Origin: Octopus bimaculoides
Lineage: Eukaryota
DNA: 46,455 nt
NCBI RefSeq assembly: GCF_001194135.2
Contig: NC_068984.1
Location: forward strand, 98,510,541 to 98,556,995
Direction of reading: 5' to 3'
Each line of letters starts with the position of its first letter. Positions within the stretch are counted from its first letter, which is position 1. The notes beneath the pieces are model-generated. The model saw nothing but the letters and a program-made list of their open reading frames with translations. It made no database searches and had not been told where the DNA came from. Below, one piece after another: positions 1 through 13,274 of this stretch. The translations under genes and the position numbers were made by a program.

Positions 1-224
1 ATTAATTAATATCGAATAATTATCAGGAGGCCAGCACATCTAAAGAATCAAAGAGATTCAGAAATATTATCTGCAATCTCAGGAGATTAAGGTACATTTT
101 AAAAAATAACGTCGACCACTAACGTGGACAGTTAATGCGCTAGAAATAGATCACATCTTGTGTCTATTAAGACCTAAATTGTTCTCAACATGAAATGTAG
201 CAGCATACCAAAAACGTGAGCGGG

Positions 225-261
<37 letters not shown>

Positions 262-989
262 ACTAAAAGTAGTTATGGCTGGTTCATAGGGTTACCCAGG
301 GTTTTTGCATCCATAAAGCACTTAGCATTACATACATATAGATATATAGATATATATACACACATACATGCACACACACATACAGATATCAAATGTTTCC
401 TTACATATATGTGTGGTTGCATGTGTATGTATTTTTAAAACTTATGATGAGTTATGGAAAATGAAGAAAACTTTCTCCAGGAGGAAAGGATCACACTGAG
501 TGTGAAGAAAATGTTTACAAATATGAAAGGGAAGAGGAGAGACTTTATATGATATTTGAAAGGACATATGTATACCTTTCTGTGTTGTGTATGTATGTGT
601 GTGTGTGCATGTGAATGTTTACAATCTATGATGAGCTGTGTTATAGAGAATGACATCTTCATATTAGTGGAGCTCTAGGCAGTGATGCCAGTTCATGACT
701 AGTCCATAACTGGTGATATTTGTTGACATTTCCTATCAACATATCCACTTCTGGCTCAGCACTTTTGAGTTCCTTTTTCCTTACTTGAAAAAAAAGTTGG
801 GGTTGGTAACAGATACCAGCAGCCAATTGGAAAAATTCTGTCTGGAATATCTCCTTGTCAAATCCTTGCCAGCAAGAAGAAATTGATGTTGCAATGGACA
901 TATGAGGAATGAATATGCGGATATGTACACACACACACATGTATAAATACATATGTATACACATGCCAAACCAGAATATAAACAAATTA

Positions 990-1046
<57 letters not shown>

Positions 1047-1239
1047 ACTCTCTCTTTCTCTCACTCTCCCCCTCTCTCTCTATACATATATACACACACA
1101 CACATATTTATATATGTATGTATACACACACACACACAAGAGATAGGCAAGATTTATATTACTTCCCACCATAGTACAAATTTTGTCATCAAATATTTAA
1201 ACCTTGAGCAGGAACTCTTATTTGGTGTGATATTGTGAA

Positions 1240-2890
1240 ATACCAGTGTTGGTAGCTATGGTTAATGGTTGTATTGATTGTGGTGACTGTTGTGGGTGGT
1301 AGTGGTGGTATTGGCAATGGTGGTATTGGTTATGGTAGAGTTGGTGGTGATGGTATTGGTAGGGATATTTATAGTAGCGTTTGTTGTGATGGTACTGGTG
1401 GTGGTGATGGTATATGAAGTGATGTTGGTAATAGTGTTAGTTGTGGTGGTAATGGCGTAGTTGCCAAATACATGGTGGTTGTTATGATTGTATAAGTGAT
1501 AGATGAGGTGGTAGTTGTAGGGATGAGGTGATGGTAGTTACTACCAACAATAATTACAACAATGGCACATACACCTACTTCTTGCTCTCTGACTTGCTGG
1601 AAACAATAGTCAACATTTTTTCTAAGCATATCCTAAGTCGTTTAAAAAAAGGGTACATTGGATAATGTAGTCCTAGATGCACTATGATTTAAAAATGAAC
1701 AGGATCATCATAGCTGGAATGCCATTGAGCATAAATTTATTGGATTAAAGCAGGCCTGGGGTTATGCAACACTAACATCTTGCCAATAAGAAAGCTTCTA
1801 TATGGTCACACAACATGCTAGAAATAGCTTCCAAATCACACCCTATTGTCTTAAAGAAGGAAAGCATTGAATACTGTCATCTTAAGCATGTTTAAATATA
1901 CTTGATAGTCATGACTGGAATGCCATTGGCAATAGGTCTGTAGCATAAAGGTTGATCAAGGGTTAAACAACAACAACAACAGCAACAACAACAACAACAA
2001 CAGCAACAAACACACCTCCACCATCACAAGCAAAACTGCCTACATCATTACTGTCCCCTCCCCCACCACCACTACCTGCCACCGGTACTGCCCTTACAAA
2101 CCACTACCTTACCATCACCAATACCAGCATCGCCTTCAGTACCAGCATTGCCTTCAGTACCAGCATCACTACCACCACAGCTCTAGCAGCAGCAGCAGCA
2201 GCAGCAGCATCACCGCCCTGATCATTACCACTTCCATTATCACCAATGTTATTAACCAACACCCCCCACTGCTACCAGCACCACCTATAACTAACATGAA
2301 CACTCTTAACGTTACTGTCACCACCTACACCACACACACACACACACACACACACAAAGTGATACAAACTTATTTAGAACAGAGGCTATTCTGAGTTTAC
2401 TGCTCAATTAAACATTGAACATTTGTACAGTAAAAGAGATTGTATTACTTTATTATATATTTCCCTGTGTACTGCAAACTCTATTTTTGTTTACATAATA
2501 TTTATACATCATCATTATCATCATTGGCGCCACCACTGCCACCCTCACCACTGACACCACCACTGCTACAGCCACCACTGCTACAGCCACCACTGCTACA
2601 GCCACCACCACCACCACCACCACNNNNNNNNNNNNNNNNNNNNNNNNNCCACCCCAACTACCACTGTTGCTACAGCTACCCCTGCCTCTGCCACCATCAC
2701 TACTGCCACCATCACCTCTGCCACCATTGCCCCTGTCACCATTGCCACTGCCACTATCGGCACCACTACCATCACCTCTACCATCATCACCACTGCCATC
2801 ATCACCTCTGCCATCATCATCATCATCATCATCATCATCGCCACCACCACCACCACCACCACCACCACCATCATCATCCTCATCATCTTC
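1240..2890. repeat. Compound trinucleotide low-complexity region (GGT/GTA, CAA, CCA/CAT) with two decayed SINE-like units at ~1600-1970
   Basis: Direct inspection; 15- and 18-bp minisatellite units at 2561-2600 and 2122-2167. Confidence 0.85.
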
Positions 2891-3510
2891 ATTGTTAAAG
2901 CAATTCACTTTTCCATGCTTGCATGGGTTGGATGAAATTTGTTGAGGCAAATTATCTATGACCTGATGCTTCTGTTACTAACCCTCACCTATTTCTAAGC
3001 ATCCTTACAACCTTGCATGTCCTTGTGTTTATATTTACTTATAATAATTGTTCATGATGAGATATAAAGATATTGAAGTAGGCATCTGTAGACAATGGTA
3101 AATGAAACAACAATATACTTAACTTTAACTAGATTTGAACCTTTATCCTATTCCTGTATCTCATATCCCCACCAGCAATATATGGAAAAACAATTGCTGG
3201 TTTCGTGATTAGTCAGTGAACTTGTTAAAAAATATATATTAGTGACTGAGTCAGTATTAACACCATGAGGTAATATTTATCCTCACTTAAATGTGAATGT
3301 TCTGTTAGAACAAGCTATACTGCAGTAGATACCATAAGAGAAACTCTCATGTTGGCTTTGGTACTAAATGCACTCTTGTTTGTATCACTGGCAGGGAGAT
3401 AAATCACCACGGAAAAGAAGTCCAGTTCTATATTTAAGTGATGAGGAATTATGTACATTATTTACATTATTTACAATTGACTGATATTTGTCCTCATCTT
3501 GTTTGTTGTT

Positions 3511-3556
3511 AATACAACGTTTTGGTTGATATACCCTCCAGCCTTCATAAGGTGTC
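3511..3556 (-). ncRNA. Degenerate minimal hammerhead motif (inverted arm)
   Basis: Reverse complement reads gacac-CTTATGA-a-ggctg/gagggtatat/caacc-AAAA-CG-TT-gtatt, with two core substitutions. Confidence 0.55.
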
Positions 3557-3732
3557 TTGGGGAAATTTTGAACCTGGGTTCTTGGGGTTAGTAGCCTGCG
3601 CTCTTGTGGGCTACTAACCCCAAGATTCTGAGTTCAATTCCAGGCAGTGACCTGAATAATAATAACAATAACAATAATAATAACATCGAAAAATACCTTA
3701 GGAATGAGAACCCAGGTTCGAAATTTCTCCAA

Positions 3733-3778
3733 GACACCTGATGAAGGCTGGAGGGTATATCAGCCAAAATGTTGTGTT
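3733..3778 (+). ncRNA. Degenerate minimal type I hammerhead ribozyme motif
   Basis: gacac-CTGATGA-a-ggctg/gagggtatat/cagcc-AAAA-TG-TT-gtgtt. Stems I and II pair, but GAAAC has decayed to AAAAT. Confidence 0.65.
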
Positions 3779-4035
3779 AACAACAAACAAGATAAGGACA
3801 AATATCCGTTAATTGTAAATAATGAAAAAGAAGTCCTTTTCATAAACACAGTACAGAATACTAAGTTATAACTGGATTCAAACAACTTTCCAGTAACTCT
3901 CTCCTGAAAGAAACACTAAATTGAAAGGTTAATCTCTCTTGAATAAAATAGATGACATTCCCATACTCCAAGATTATCTGGCACCTCATTCATTGAGACA
4001 ACCAGCTAAGACAATGTAGAATAAGATGTTGTAGG

Positions 4036-4184
4036 TCTAGATGTGGCTGTGTAGTAAGAAGCTCAGTCCCACAGTGTGGCACCTTGAGCAAGTGTCTCCT
4101 ACTATAACCAACCACTATAACCAACCACTCACAAGGCTGATCAAAACCTTGTGAGTGGATTTGGTAGACAGTGTGTGTGTGTGT

Positions 4185-4216
<32 letters not shown>

Positions 4217-4426
4217 ACCTGTGTTTGTCTCCCACCACTGCTTGACAACCAGTGCTAGTGTGTTTACATCTCCGTAACCTAGCGCGTCAGCAAAAGAGAC
4301 TCATAGAATAAGTACCATGCACAAAAAAAAAAAAAATGAAATAAGTTTGGGGTCAAAACATTTGAATAAGAATTCTTCAATGTGGTTTCCCAGTATGGCC
4401 ACAGTAAAACAAATAAAAGATAACAG
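4036..4426 (+). mobile_element. tRNA-derived SINE family A (CORE-like ccttg(g/a)gcaagtgtc motif, internal microsatellite)
   Basis: Similar to 19450-19940 and 27524-27905; head partly deleted. Confidence 0.8.
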
Positions 4427-4563
4427 AAATTCAGTAAAATGCTTGCAGCTGATAACATCCCTGGTGACTGAGCATATATATGCTCAGTCACCAAAACTTT
4501 ATGAACTAAATTTTGCACAGATTTAATATTTATACATATTTAATTTTGGAAAATATTTTCCAG

Positions 4564-4702
4564 GAATTAAAACAATGTTTGAGTTATACAAAAAATGAAA
4601 TGAGGATTTTTGAAAGGAAAACTTCTGAGCAATTAGTACATTCAAGAAGGGTAGTAGAACAGTATTCCCAGATTTCAAGAGTTGAGTCTTCTACAGTGTC
4701 AG
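4564..4702 (+). CDS. Internal coding exon (coiled coil) of a probable kinesin-14 family gene
   Basis: Acceptor attttccag|GAA, donor TCAG|GTAAGG. 139 nt, open: ELKQCLSYTKNEMRIFERKTSEQLVHSRRVVEQYSQISRVESSTVS+G. Ends in phase 1, which matches the exon at 25495. Confidence 0.6.
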
Positions 4703-4989
4703 GTAAGGATGCAACTTATTAATTTGATGTTTTTCACAGTTACATGTAGTGGTACAGCTTGTTGAAGTAAATGTTGACTGTAGAAAGGTTGATAACTGGA
4801 CTGAAAGTATTTTGAAATGGAAGTTTACAGAAACAGGATGAAGAAATATTGATTTGACCCTTGTTGTCACATTCTGACTGTAAATCCTGTTAGGATCAAC
4901 TTTATATTTCATGATTTTAGTGTTATTAAAATAGCCTCCTATGCAAGTACTGGTTTTCAGTTTAATCAAATATATTCCTCATTCAAAAT

Positions 4990-5147
4990 GTTTTGCCTTA
5001 CATTCCGTCCTTTTGGCATTGATAAAATAAGTATCATTTAAGTCAATGTAATTGATTTACCTCCTCTCTAGAAATTGTTGGCCTTGTCCTAAAATTTGAA
5101 ACAATTATTATTATTATTGTTATTATTATTATCATTATCATTATTAT
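4990..5147 (+). mobile_element. SINE family B 3' half with (ATT)n tail
   Basis: gataaaataagta...ggccttgtcctaaaatttgaaa(att)n. Confidence 0.65.
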
Positions 5148-5149
5148 TT

Positions 5150-7099
5150 ACTTTTAATCTGCATATTTGTTACAATCAGTTGCCGAGACACACCCAGCAT
5201 CCTAGAGTGAGTGAAGGATAAGAGATATTACAGTATGACTGAAAGCTTGGACAGAAGTAGCAGGGACAGTATTGAAATATCTTTATGTAATACAACACAG
5301 ACATTTAAAGTTACAGGGTTTTTCTAAGGATGTGGGAAGTACTTGTTAACACAATCTTTTGGATTTCTCTGAGACATGGTTCTTCTGGGATATTATCTAG
5401 ATGTTTCTGACGTCCTGTTTTTATCATACCTAGGGCACCCACAATAATAGGGACAGTTCTCGTTTTAAGATGCCACATCTTTTGTATTTCAGTTTTCTGG
5501 TTCTTATATTTACTTAAATTGTCAAATTCCTTTACGGATATATTTTTATCTATGGGAGCACTTACATCTATTAGTGTACAAGTATTTTCTTCACTGTCTT
5601 TAATAATTATGTCTAGTTGATTAGCCTGGATTATTCCATTGGTGTTGACTGGAAAATCTCAGAGGATAGTAACATTTTTACCTTTAATGACTGGCTCAGG
5701 ATGATGTTCATATCAGTAAGCAGGAGTGTTGATTTTGTAGTATCAACATATTTTCCAATGTAAATACTGTCTTACCTCATTGTGGCGATTTTTGTATTCG
5801 TTTGGTGTCAGCAAAGGACATCCTGAGATGAGATGGTCTATTGTTTTGTCAAATGTATCACAAAATCTGCATTTAGAGACAGAACCATTTTGAAGAATGT
5901 TATCCTGGTAGTTTTTGGTAAGCAAGCTTTGATCTTGTGCCGCCAATATGAAACCTTCAATCTCTGCATTCAGTCCTGAACTTCTCAGCCACTGATGGGT
6001 TGCTGCTTGGTCTACATCAGCATTTCAGCCTCAAAGTATATACTGTCTGTGCAGAAGCTTCTGGTTCCACCACTTGTTTTATTCTGTTCGGGGTATTAAT
6101 GGCATTGATGATTTTTGAAGTTCAGTTCAGTTTTTAGTATGAGTCTTACTCTCCTGTAATACTCCTTTCTTATTTTTTCCTTCATAGTAGCATGTTGTAT
6201 ACCTTCTCCTTCGTTTATCCTCAGGTATTTATAACTTCCTTGTGGGTCCAGCTAATTGTAGTGTCAGTATCTAATTTAATGGAAACTGTTTGCCTGAGCT
6301 TGCCTCTTACAAAAGTTGCTTTAGCATACTTATCAAAGCCAAACTCCATCCCGATGTCATTGCTGAACTCTTTAGCAGTCCTACTAGCTCTTCGTCATTT
6401 CTAGCAAATAACCATAGATTATCCATATAAAACAGATGGTTTACTATAGTATTATACACTTTCAATCTATACCTGGTGTTACTCAGTTCATTTGAATGTG
6501 GAATCAGTGCCATGCAAAAGAGTAATGGGGAGAAGGAGTCACCTTGAAAGATGCCTCATTCTATGTTGATGTTAGATTGACTCATCCCATTACTATGGTT
6601 TAGAAGAAGATGTATATTCCACTTGGCCATGATACCTTGTAAGAATTTGGAGTTGACTGGAGAGATCTTATATATCTCAAGGGCCTTGAGCAGCTAATTA
6701 TGTGGGACACTATCAAATGCTTTCCTGTAGTCTGTCCATTCCATACTCAGATTCTTCTTGTTGTTCCGGCAATTCTCTACAATCATTTTAGTTATGAGTA
6801 ATTGATCTTTGCATTCATAAAAATACCTTTTACAACCATTTTGAGTTTGTGGAAGGATAGACCTCTGTTCAAGGAAAGTGTATATTCCTTCAGTTAGTAT
6901 GGATGTGAGGATCTTGTAGGTGATGTTGAGACATGTTATTGGTCAGTAGCTCTTTGGATTTTTCATGTCTTCAGCTTTTTGGTAGAAGGTATGTTGTTCC
7001 TTCGGTCAGCCAGGCAAGCATTTGCTCTGGGTTCTGGATGACATCAACTCAAGATGCAGCAAAATTTTGGTGTACTTCTGTCAAACACTTCAGCCAGAA

Positions 7100-7100
<1 letters not shown>
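5150..7100 (-). mobile_element. R4/Dong-clade RLE LINE, 5'-truncated and decayed (copy A)
   Basis: RT motifs PITCLNITYKIL, GIFQGDSFSPLLFCMAL and NHLFYMDNLWLFA; CCHC CRFCDTFDKTIDHLISGC..RHN; stops and frameshifts. (TAA)n at both ends (5105-5147, 7102-7150). Confidence 0.88.
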
Positions 7101-7152
<52 letters not shown>

Positions 7153-8414
7153 CAATAATATTAATACGCCAACTCGTTTTTGTACATCTGTACTTGTGGT
7201 GTGTGTCACACTTACCGCAAAGGAAGAAGTGAGTGGCAAAGTGAGAGAGAAAGAGAGAGTGAGAGAGAAAGAGGGAGAGTGAGAGAGACAGTGAGTGGTG
7301 ATGGTGTTCGTTTTGTGTTTTTAAATGTTTATCACACTGCAAGAAAAGTAGACATATAGATACATACACATATTGTTAAATTAAAAGTAGGAGAGAGTGG
7401 AGGGACACAGAGGAAGTGAAAGAGAAAGAGAGAAAGTGACAGTAGATACATAGTTCCAAAGAAAAGTTGATTAATAGACACAACAAATATCGGGTGTAAT
7501 TTTCACTTTTCATTACCACATGAGGATAAAATTAACTCACAAGTAGCTGAGTACTCCACAGACATGCATACCATTAATGTAGTTCTCAGGGAAATTCAGC
7601 CTCACACATAATATGACAAGGCTGGCCCCTTTGAATTACAGCTACAACTCATTTTGGCCAGCTGAGTGAACTGGAGCAAAATAAACCTTCAAGTGGTTGA
7701 AAGAAAAAGATCCTATACAGAGACAGGAAAATCTTTTTAGTCATTAGGGTCACTATGGGTGTTAATCCTGTCCTAACAGCAGCATTTGTAGGTCTCACAG
7801 ATCTGGAGGCCAAGCCCCCAGATAAACACCAATGCGCAAGCTGTTGTTATCAAACTGAGCGTGAGTCGAGGGTGAATACATGACAGAATAGCAATTATTT
7901 CATCTTAGCTGTCACTGCTTATACTAAACACATGACATTTTTGCCTTACAATATGGAACATTTCCTTTTCTTTCACTATTTAAAAAGAAATGACATTCTG
8001 TTGGTTACGACAACGAAGCTCCTGTTTATCTGATCAACAAACAGTCTGCTCATAAAATAAATGCACAAATACCGAGTAGACTGCAGCAAGGTGAAGTAGA
8101 GTACCTTGCTTAAAAACACAGCATGCTGCAGCGAATCATACTCATGACTTTATGATAATGGGCCAAATACCCCTAACTACTGAGCCCTGCACCTTCACTC
8201 TCTTAACCATAGAGAAAAGGAGTGAAGTGACAGAGACAGGAAAAGGAAGGCATCAGTCATTTACTATGACAATTAGTCTGAAATGTGATCGATCTTTTTG
8301 AGCTTCTTTACTTTTAACATTGAAGAAGAGGGAAAGTCTTTCAGGTGTTTACATTTTTATTCTGGGAGTTCTAGAATGATGATAATGATGATGATGGTAA
8401 ATAATAATGATAAT

Positions 8415-8995
8415 TTGTGCAGAAAGAGTACAAGCACAACAAGGTAGCCCCAAACCTCCACTGGCTACTATGCCATAGGTATGAACATGAGGTTATGGGT
8501 GCTTGGTACCAACATACACTGGAAAAGGTAATGGACGAAAAAGAGAAGGCAACAATCCTCTGGGACTTTGACTTTCAGACAGACAAGGTATCAGAGCACC
8601 AAAGGCTGGATATAGTAACTTTTAGGAGGGACAAACAAGCGTGTCTAATAATTGATGTGGCAGTGCCAGGAGATCAACATGTCATCATGAAAGAAAGAGA
8701 AAAGGCAGATAAATATGGAGGCCTGAGAATTGAGATCGCTAAGATATGACAGCTACGAGAGTCAAATATAAAGGTTACCTCTATTGTCATTGGAGCATTG
8801 GGTTCACTACTACTTAACCCGAGAAAACATCTGAAAACTTTAGAAATACCCTACAATCTAGGTGTATTGCAAAAGTCAATATTACTTGGAACTGCACGCA
8901 TATTGCTTAAAGTACTGTCTGTCTGAGGTCCTTGTTGTGACTTGACAGACAGTGCAAACCCCCGGTAGACAAATTATCTTTAATTAACAACCTCA
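8415..8995 (+). mobile_element. R4/Dong RLE LINE 3' fragment (copy B)
   Basis: RLE region ILWDFDFQTD..QRLDIV..LIIDVAVPGD..KEREKADKY, then IVIGALG..LQKSILLGTARIL. Confidence 0.88.
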
Positions 8996-9383
8996 TGATA
9001 TTGTATACTGTGCGACGTCTATACTACTGCTACTACTACTGCCGCTGCTGCCGCTGCTGCCGCTGCTGCCGCTGCTGCCGCTGCTGCCGCTGCTGCCGCT
9101 GCTGCCGCTGCTGCCGCTGCTGNNNNNNNNNNNNNNNNNNNNNNNNNNNNNNNNNNNNNNNNNNNNNNNNNNNNNNNNNNNNNNNNNNNNNNNNNNNNNN
9201 NNNNNNNNNNNNNNNNNNNNNNNNNNNNNNNNNNNNNNNNNNNNNNNNNNNNNNNNNNNNNNNNNNNNNNNNNNNNNNNNNNNNNNNNNNNNNNNNNNNN
9301 NNNNNNNNNNNNNNNNNNNNNNNNNNNNNNNNNNNNNNNNNNNNNNNNNNNNNNNNNNNNNNNNNNNNNNNNNNNNNNNNNNN

Positions 9384-11835
9384 TAAATTAGAGAAGAAAT
9401 ATACAATATGGAAGAACGGGTCTGATACAGTAATAGAACAGTTAAAACAGAGGATAGTGGCAAAAAGCGAGGAGATCAGAAGATTTGTGAACAGAAATAA
9501 GCAGTTCGAGGAGAACAGATTGTTAAAAAATAACCTGAAGCAATTCTTCCGAACATTAGGAGACAATGGGGAAAATGTTGCTCCTGATGCAAATCAAGCC
9601 AAGGAGTTCTGGAGCCGTTTATGGGAAAACAATGTGATGCATAAAAGGGATGCAATTTGGATAGGGACTATCAAAACAGAATTACAAGGAGGAAAGAAAC
9701 AAAGGAATATTGTCATAAGCACAATTGACGTGAAAGAACAAGTGGGTAAAGTACCTAACTGGAAAGCCCCCGAACCAGATGAGATTCCTGGCTTTTGGCT
9801 GAAGAGATGCCACGTGGTGCATGAAAGACTAGCAGCCCAATTGAATGAGTGTGTCCAGAAAGGTACAGTCCCCATGTGGATGGTGACCGGGAGGGCAACA
9901 CTTATAATGAAAGATTGAAGAAAGGGGAATATTTTGGGAAACTATCGTCCCATAGCATGCCTAAACATAATCTGGAAGATACTCACTGGAATATGTGCGG
10001 CAAAGACATATATTTTCCTGGCACAAAAAGAAATACTACCAACAGAAGGAAAAGGATGTAGGAAGAGTTCTCAGAGTACCAAGGATCACCTGGTCATCGA
10101 TAAAACAGCATGAAAGAGTGGAAAACCAAATTGTACTCAAGTAATGTATTCCTTGGAGAAGTTAATATTAAAAGGGGCATCTTCCAAGATGACTTGTTTT
10201 CTCCGTTAGTGTAATTGCCGTTAGTGTAATTGCCGTTAGTGTAATTGCACTAATACCCATAACAATGACACTTAGGAAAGTTAAGATGGGTTACCGATGT
10301 GGGAAGAAAGGCCCATCTTTGAACCATCTTCTGTTTATGGATGACTTGAAATTGTTTGGAAAATCTGAAAAACAGATTTGTTAACCAAAACAGTCCAGAA
10401 GTGTGATAGGGACATCAGTATGGAATTTGGGATTACCAAATGCTCAGTACTTAATATGAAAAGAGGGAAGAGAGCAGCCTGCAGAGAATTGCAGTTATCA
10501 TCAGGAGAGATCATGGGGGAACCCAACGGTAGTGGGTATAGATATTTAGAGATTTTTGGAGCTGGATGACATTCTACACAGAGAAATGAAAGTCAAGGTC
10601 AGCAAGGTGTATCAAAAAAGGGTGAAGATGGTGTTGAAATCCAACCTGAATGCCAAAACTTTGATTACTGCAATGAATATCTGAGCAGTTGCAGTGGTCA
10701 GATATAGTGCGTCCATCCTCAAATGGACTAAGGAGGAAATATCAACACTGGATAGAAGGACGAGAAAGTTGATGATGCTGCATGGGGCGCTACACCCTAA
10801 AGCAAACGTAAACAGACTGTATATGAAAAGAAGGAATGGTGGTGGAGGATTAATTAGTATAGACCATTATATAAAGAGTGAAAGAGAACGCTTGCCGAAT
10901 ATTTTATAAATAGTGATGAAGAACTGCTGCAATATGCTGCAAAAGATATGGGTGTAAATGCAGATGAAATGATGGTCAAGGAAGAGTTTAACCAAAGAGC
11001 TGTGGAGAAGAGAAGACAAGACCTTCTTGAAATGAGAATGCATGGACATTTTGAAAGGAATACACAGGATGTTAAGGATAATACAGCATCATAGGCATGG
11101 CTTGAGTGAGGTGATTTGAAGCGTACCACCAAAAGCCTACTAGTTCAGTGAAGTATAACATCTATAAAACTTCTGATACCCAGAAATGCAGACTCTGTGG
11201 AAAGAGTGTGGAAAATGTGACCCACTTGGTAAGTGGATGTGAGAGCCTTGCACAAAAAAGAATACAAACGCCGCCACAATAAACTGTGTGTGTATCTTCA
11301 TTGGCTCTTATGCTGTAAATACCATTATGATGTAACAGAGAACTGATATGAACATGTACCAAGTAAAGTATGCAGGAGGATGGAAAAGTAATGATACTCT
11401 GGGACTATGATTTTCAGACGGATTGTGTAATCAAATACCATCAGCTGGATAGTGTCATATTGAATAAGAGAGACAAATACTGTCAGATCATTGATGGAGC
11501 CAAACCAAATGACATGAATGTTGTGAGTAAAGAGGTTGAAAAAATCACCAAGTACTCCTAATTGAAAGTGGAAATGGCAAGACTGTATGGAATGCGAGAT
11601 GGTAATGTAAAAGTGATACCAGTGGTGATTGGAGCATTGGACTCAATCCCATTGAAACTTCAAGACTTCTTAAGGCAACTAGAAATCCCATGTAAGATTG
11701 ATGTTTTGCAAAAAGCAGCTTTATTGAGCACAGAGCACATCTTAAGGAATGTATTATCTGTCTGAGGTCCTTATTGCGACTTGACAGATGACTAAAGACT
11801 CCGGTGCATTTTTACCTACACTGTATCATGAAGGA
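9384..11835 (+). mobile_element. R4/Dong RLE LINE, longest copy, decayed (copy C)
   Basis: N-terminal EQLKQRIVAK..FWSRLWEN; RT NYRPIACL and NHLLFMDDLKLFG; CCHC CRLCGKSVENVTHLVSGC; RLE. 3' UTR shared with copy B; (AAT/GAT)n tail; 5' end lost in a gap. Confidence 0.92.
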
Positions 11836-11859
11836 ATGATAATAATAATGCTGATGATA

Positions 11860-11998
11860 GTTCTTGATTTAGGTACAAGGCCAGCAATGTTGATAGGTGA
11901 GGTTTAGTTGATATCATTGGACTGTATTTTATCATATCAATCTTGGAAGGATGAAAGGTGTTAATGGAATTTGAACTCAGAACATAAAAAGCCAGTAA
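11860..11998 (-). mobile_element. SINE family B
   Basis: Reverse complement of ...ttctgagttcaaattcc...tttcatcctt...ggccttgtacc. Confidence 0.7.
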
Positions 11999-12099
11999 AC
12001 AACAACAACCACCATAACAGCAACAACTAAAATAACAACAGAAACAATGATGATAACAGTAACCTAACCTGTAACAGAGCAAAATGAATAGTATTACTT

Positions 12100-12850
12100 C
12101 TGAAAAAGGAATTAGTTGGAGACTGAGGATTTGAAGAAAGTCACTGAAGGTATTATTAAGATATCTTAAGAACAGGTCATTATGTTATGAGCAAGCAGAA
12201 GAGATAAGGAAGGTATATTGCCACTATGTTGATTATGTGTTAAAAAGAAGAGATTGTAGCCATTTGATATCAGAGAATAAGAACTTGGTGCAGAAACAAT
12301 ACAAATACAAGAGACATGATAAAACTGTAAAAGTTTATACACTGGCAAGTGTGGAAAACATGTGATATAGAACACTAAGAAAAGTGTTTTAATTGTATGT
12401 TATTGAACGTTGTTGAAAAATGAAGAATTATTTGGGTCATGAAAATCACAAAACTGATAAAAAAATTGGAACATTCAAGACCAGATAACATTGTTCTCGG
12501 GGAAAGTTACTAGAATTTGCATCATAATAGATGAAGCCAGCTCATTTGAACACAAGATAAAAGGAAGATAATATGAAAAGATAGATAATAGCCAGATATA
12601 AAGTAGGGACTGAAAAGGGTTTTGGAACTGCAGAGAATAATTCTTGTTATAATAGGAGCACTAAGTACAGTGTCTGAGAATATCACCAAATAGCTTTCTA
12701 TGTTTGCTGTAATAATTGGGAACTTATAGACAGTATGTCTTCTCTGTAAAGTTAGAACCTTAAGGTATGTTCTGAATATTTGAAGATATTTGTAGCTGTT
12801 TGATGTTCAATAAAGAAAACTGGCAGAATCCATAACACTACTGTTTTGTA
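12100..12850 (+). mobile_element. Highly decayed R4/Dong LINE 3' fragment (copy D)
   Basis: Frameshifted remnants of QEQVI, YKRHDK, RPD and IIGALSTV motifs. Confidence 0.6.
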
Positions 12851-12904
12851 AAATAAATAAATAAATAATCATCATCATCATTATCAACATCATAAACATT
12901 TATC

Positions 12905-13200
12905 ATCTGTTTACCTTGCTAGCATGGGTTAGCTGGCTTGACAGAAATTAGCAAGGTCAGGGGCCGCACCAGGTTCTACAGTCTATTTTGGCTTGTTTAT
13001 ACAGTTGGATGCCCTCCCTAATGCTAACCACTTTACAGAGTGCACTGGGTGCTTTTTTATCACCAGTGCTTTTTATGCAACACCAGCAACCACCCCAATG
13101 CTTCTATGTGACACCTTGGTTTTAAGATCTCAATTTTGTTGTAGTGGGCATGTCTTCTCAATTATAGCAATGTGCCACGTATCTTGGTCCTCTCTGTCAT
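12905..13200 (-). mobile_element. RTE-associated 3' tail / SINE-like fragment
   Basis: gcatgggtt...gcaccagg...ggatgccct.cctaatgc.aaccact motif shared with 28150-28372. Confidence 0.55.
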
Positions 13201-13274
13201 CTCCTTGACAAGTTTCAGTTTTAAATAAATAAATAAATAAATAAATAAATGAATTATTAACAACAACAATAATG

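Larger units (their letters stand above)
3421..3824. mobile_element. Fold-back (head-to-head) element: tRNA-like head plus Penelope-type minimal hammerhead on each arm
   Basis: 3466-3582 is the near-exact reverse complement of 3707-3823. Inner perfect 16-bp inverted repeat at 3581-3596/3609-3624. B-box GTTCAATTC at 3632-3640. Anticodon-arm-like ggg-ctactaa-ccc. Confidence 0.8.

Noticed and set aside
458-556. Purine-rich ATG-started frame MENEENFLQEERITLSVKK...
   Set aside because: Short, ends in a stop, no convincing splice sites or homology.
659-985. - strand ORF with a protein-like tail (RKKELKSAEPEVDML...)
   Set aside because: Starts in microsatellite, no recognisable domain, antisense to the supported gene.
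2440-2950. His/Pro/Gly-rich ORFs that resemble cephalopod structural proteins
   Set aside because: All frames are translations of CCA/CAT trinucleotide repeats across a gap; no splice signals or non-repetitive domain.
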